From IMG/VR virus record IMGVR_UViG_3300020519_000124, positions 1 to 47,647 of that record: DNA of 47,647 bases, one strand, 5' to 3'. This DNA is from a virus. Taxonomy: Duplodnaviria; Caudoviricetes. Shown here piece by piece: positions 46,750 to 47,647 of this stretch; the stretch's first letter is position 1, and each line of letters opens with the position of its first letter. The notes below the pieces were generated by a model that worked only from the letters and a program-made list of their open reading frames with translations, made no database searches and was not told the origin of the DNA. The translations under genes and the position numbers were made by a program.

Positions 46750-47030
46750 TATTCCTCCATCATGTCTTCTAGTATGCTCATCTCAATTATAGCAAGTCTT
46801 ACCTTGGCATTACCCTCGCCGATTACGACTACGATGGCTGGATCCTTGCCATTTTTCATGGCATCCGTAGTAGCCTTAGCCCAAACCTCTTTATTTAAGG
46901 TAAAAGATTTTCCAACTTCTTTAAAGTCTACGACAAAAGTTTTCCAGGAAGCATCGCCTTTTTGGGTATTGCGTCCAGAATTCTTGTGCTGTTTGGCACC
47001 AATTCTTTTGCTTTCGCTTTTCTCAGTCAT
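46749..47030 (-). CDS. small PD-(D/E)xK nuclease (Holliday-junction-resolvase-like)
   Basis: E...SG...KGD...VDFK. Confidence 0.55.
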   Translation of the reverse strand: MTEKSESKRIGAKQHKNSGRNTQKGDASWKTFVVDFKEVGKSFTLNKEVWAKATTDAMKNGKDPAIVVVIGEGNAKVRLAIIEMSILEDMMEE

Positions 47031-47199
47031 CTTTTTTTACTTTCTTATATCCTTTTTTAAATAACATTACTTCTGATAAATGTTTTTCTGAGCACATCCA
47101 AGACGCCATACCAGTTTCCATATAAACCCTCATGGTTTTTACTTCTTTTTTGCAAGTCTTACAAGGAAACTTTCCTTCGTATATGCTGTAGTTAGTCAT
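47023..47199 (-). CDS. 58-aa zinc-ribbon protein
   Basis: Hand translation MTNYSIYEGKFPCKTC...WMCSEKH. Confidence 0.6.
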   Translation of the reverse strand: MTNYSIYEGKFPCKTCKKEVKTMRVYMETGMASWMCSEKHLSEVMLFKKGYKKVKKDD

Positions 47200-47647
47200 T
47201 TAACCTAGACTTAATTGATTCTTGCAAGTCAAGATCCTCTCTTACTCGATTAACAAATGCTTCTTTACCCTGAACTTTTGTGCCATCAGGAAGTATGTAC
47301 CATGCTCCTGTACGCTCTACAATACCGTTTAGTTCTGCTGTAGTAACCAGATCACCAATGGTATCAAGACCAATATCGTCACCTCTAAAGTAAAAATCAT
47401 ACTCACCAGACTGGAACCCTGGAGAGGTTTTGGAGAATTGGAGTTCCCACTTAATAGTTCTACCAATTTTTTCTTCAATTAATTTATCTCCTACCTTGAT
47501 CTTGCCCTTAATCGCTTGATTGTCTGACTCTGAAGAAAAGAGTTTAATAATACATGAGGAATAAAACTTAGTAGCCTGACCACCAGAAGGCTGCTGGCTA
47601 GTATACATAGCATTGATATTGTTACGAGACTGAGAAATAAGAACAAG
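47192..47647 (-). CDS. recA: RecA-like recombinase, C-terminal part (truncated by window)
   Basis: ISQ.R, SGGQATKFYSS, K..P, GIVERTGAWY...QGK. Confidence 0.85.
   Translation of the reverse strand, partial: LVLISQSRNNINAMYTSQQPSGGQATKFYSSCIIKLFSSESDNQAIKGKIKVGDKLIEEKIGRTIKWELQFSKTSPGFQSGEYDFYFRGDDIGLDTIGDLVTTAELNGIVERTGAWYILPDGTKVQGKEAFVNRVREDLDLQESIKSRLND

Noticed and set aside
1-47647. Bacterial chromosome or integrated prophage
   Set aside because: No integrase, att site or housekeeping operons; terminase, dense micro-ORFs and CCA-less tRNAs indicate a large phage genome.

Overview
This is an AT-rich segment of a large tailed dsDNA phage of a low-GC actinobacterium, probably a freshwater acI/Nanopelagicales-like host (inferred from whiB, DUF2061, FmdB-type and DUF1427 genes and many leaderless genes). 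1-11.6 kb (+) is an early/host-takeover region of small ORFs with GP88, DUF932, an HNH and tRNA-Asp. 11.6-12.4 kb is a repeat-rich, mostly non-coding origin-like locus. 12.5-33 kb holds three more tRNAs and an accessory modification set: carbamoyltransferase, 2 SGNH-like proteins, a GT60-like GlcNAc transferase, 2 sulfotransferases, an APS kinase-nucleotidyltransferase fusion, 2OG-Fe oxygenases, a flavin halogenase, 2 luciferase-like proteins, hsp20, trx and whiB. 33-47.6 kb (-) holds a CHAP amidase, proteases, secreted surface proteins, terminase, a second GT60-like gene, RuvC-like, Cas4-like and RecA genes. The strongest signals are non-coding. (i) Nine exactly spaced TGTCAG-N10-TAnnnT promoters match the actinobacterial PafBC (RecA-NDp) DNA-damage promoter. 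(ii) WhiA-type GACAC boxes sit 3 nt from -35 elements, alongside CRP-type palindromes, DnaA boxes and a MraZ-type GTGGAG triple repeat, suggesting a phage panel of host-regulator sites. (iii) A compact covarying H-type RNA pseudoknot occurs 7-8 times at gene 3' ends. (iv) There are candidate promoter-driven small RNAs and a ROSE-like thermometer. All family calls come from motif recognition by eye; no database search was run.
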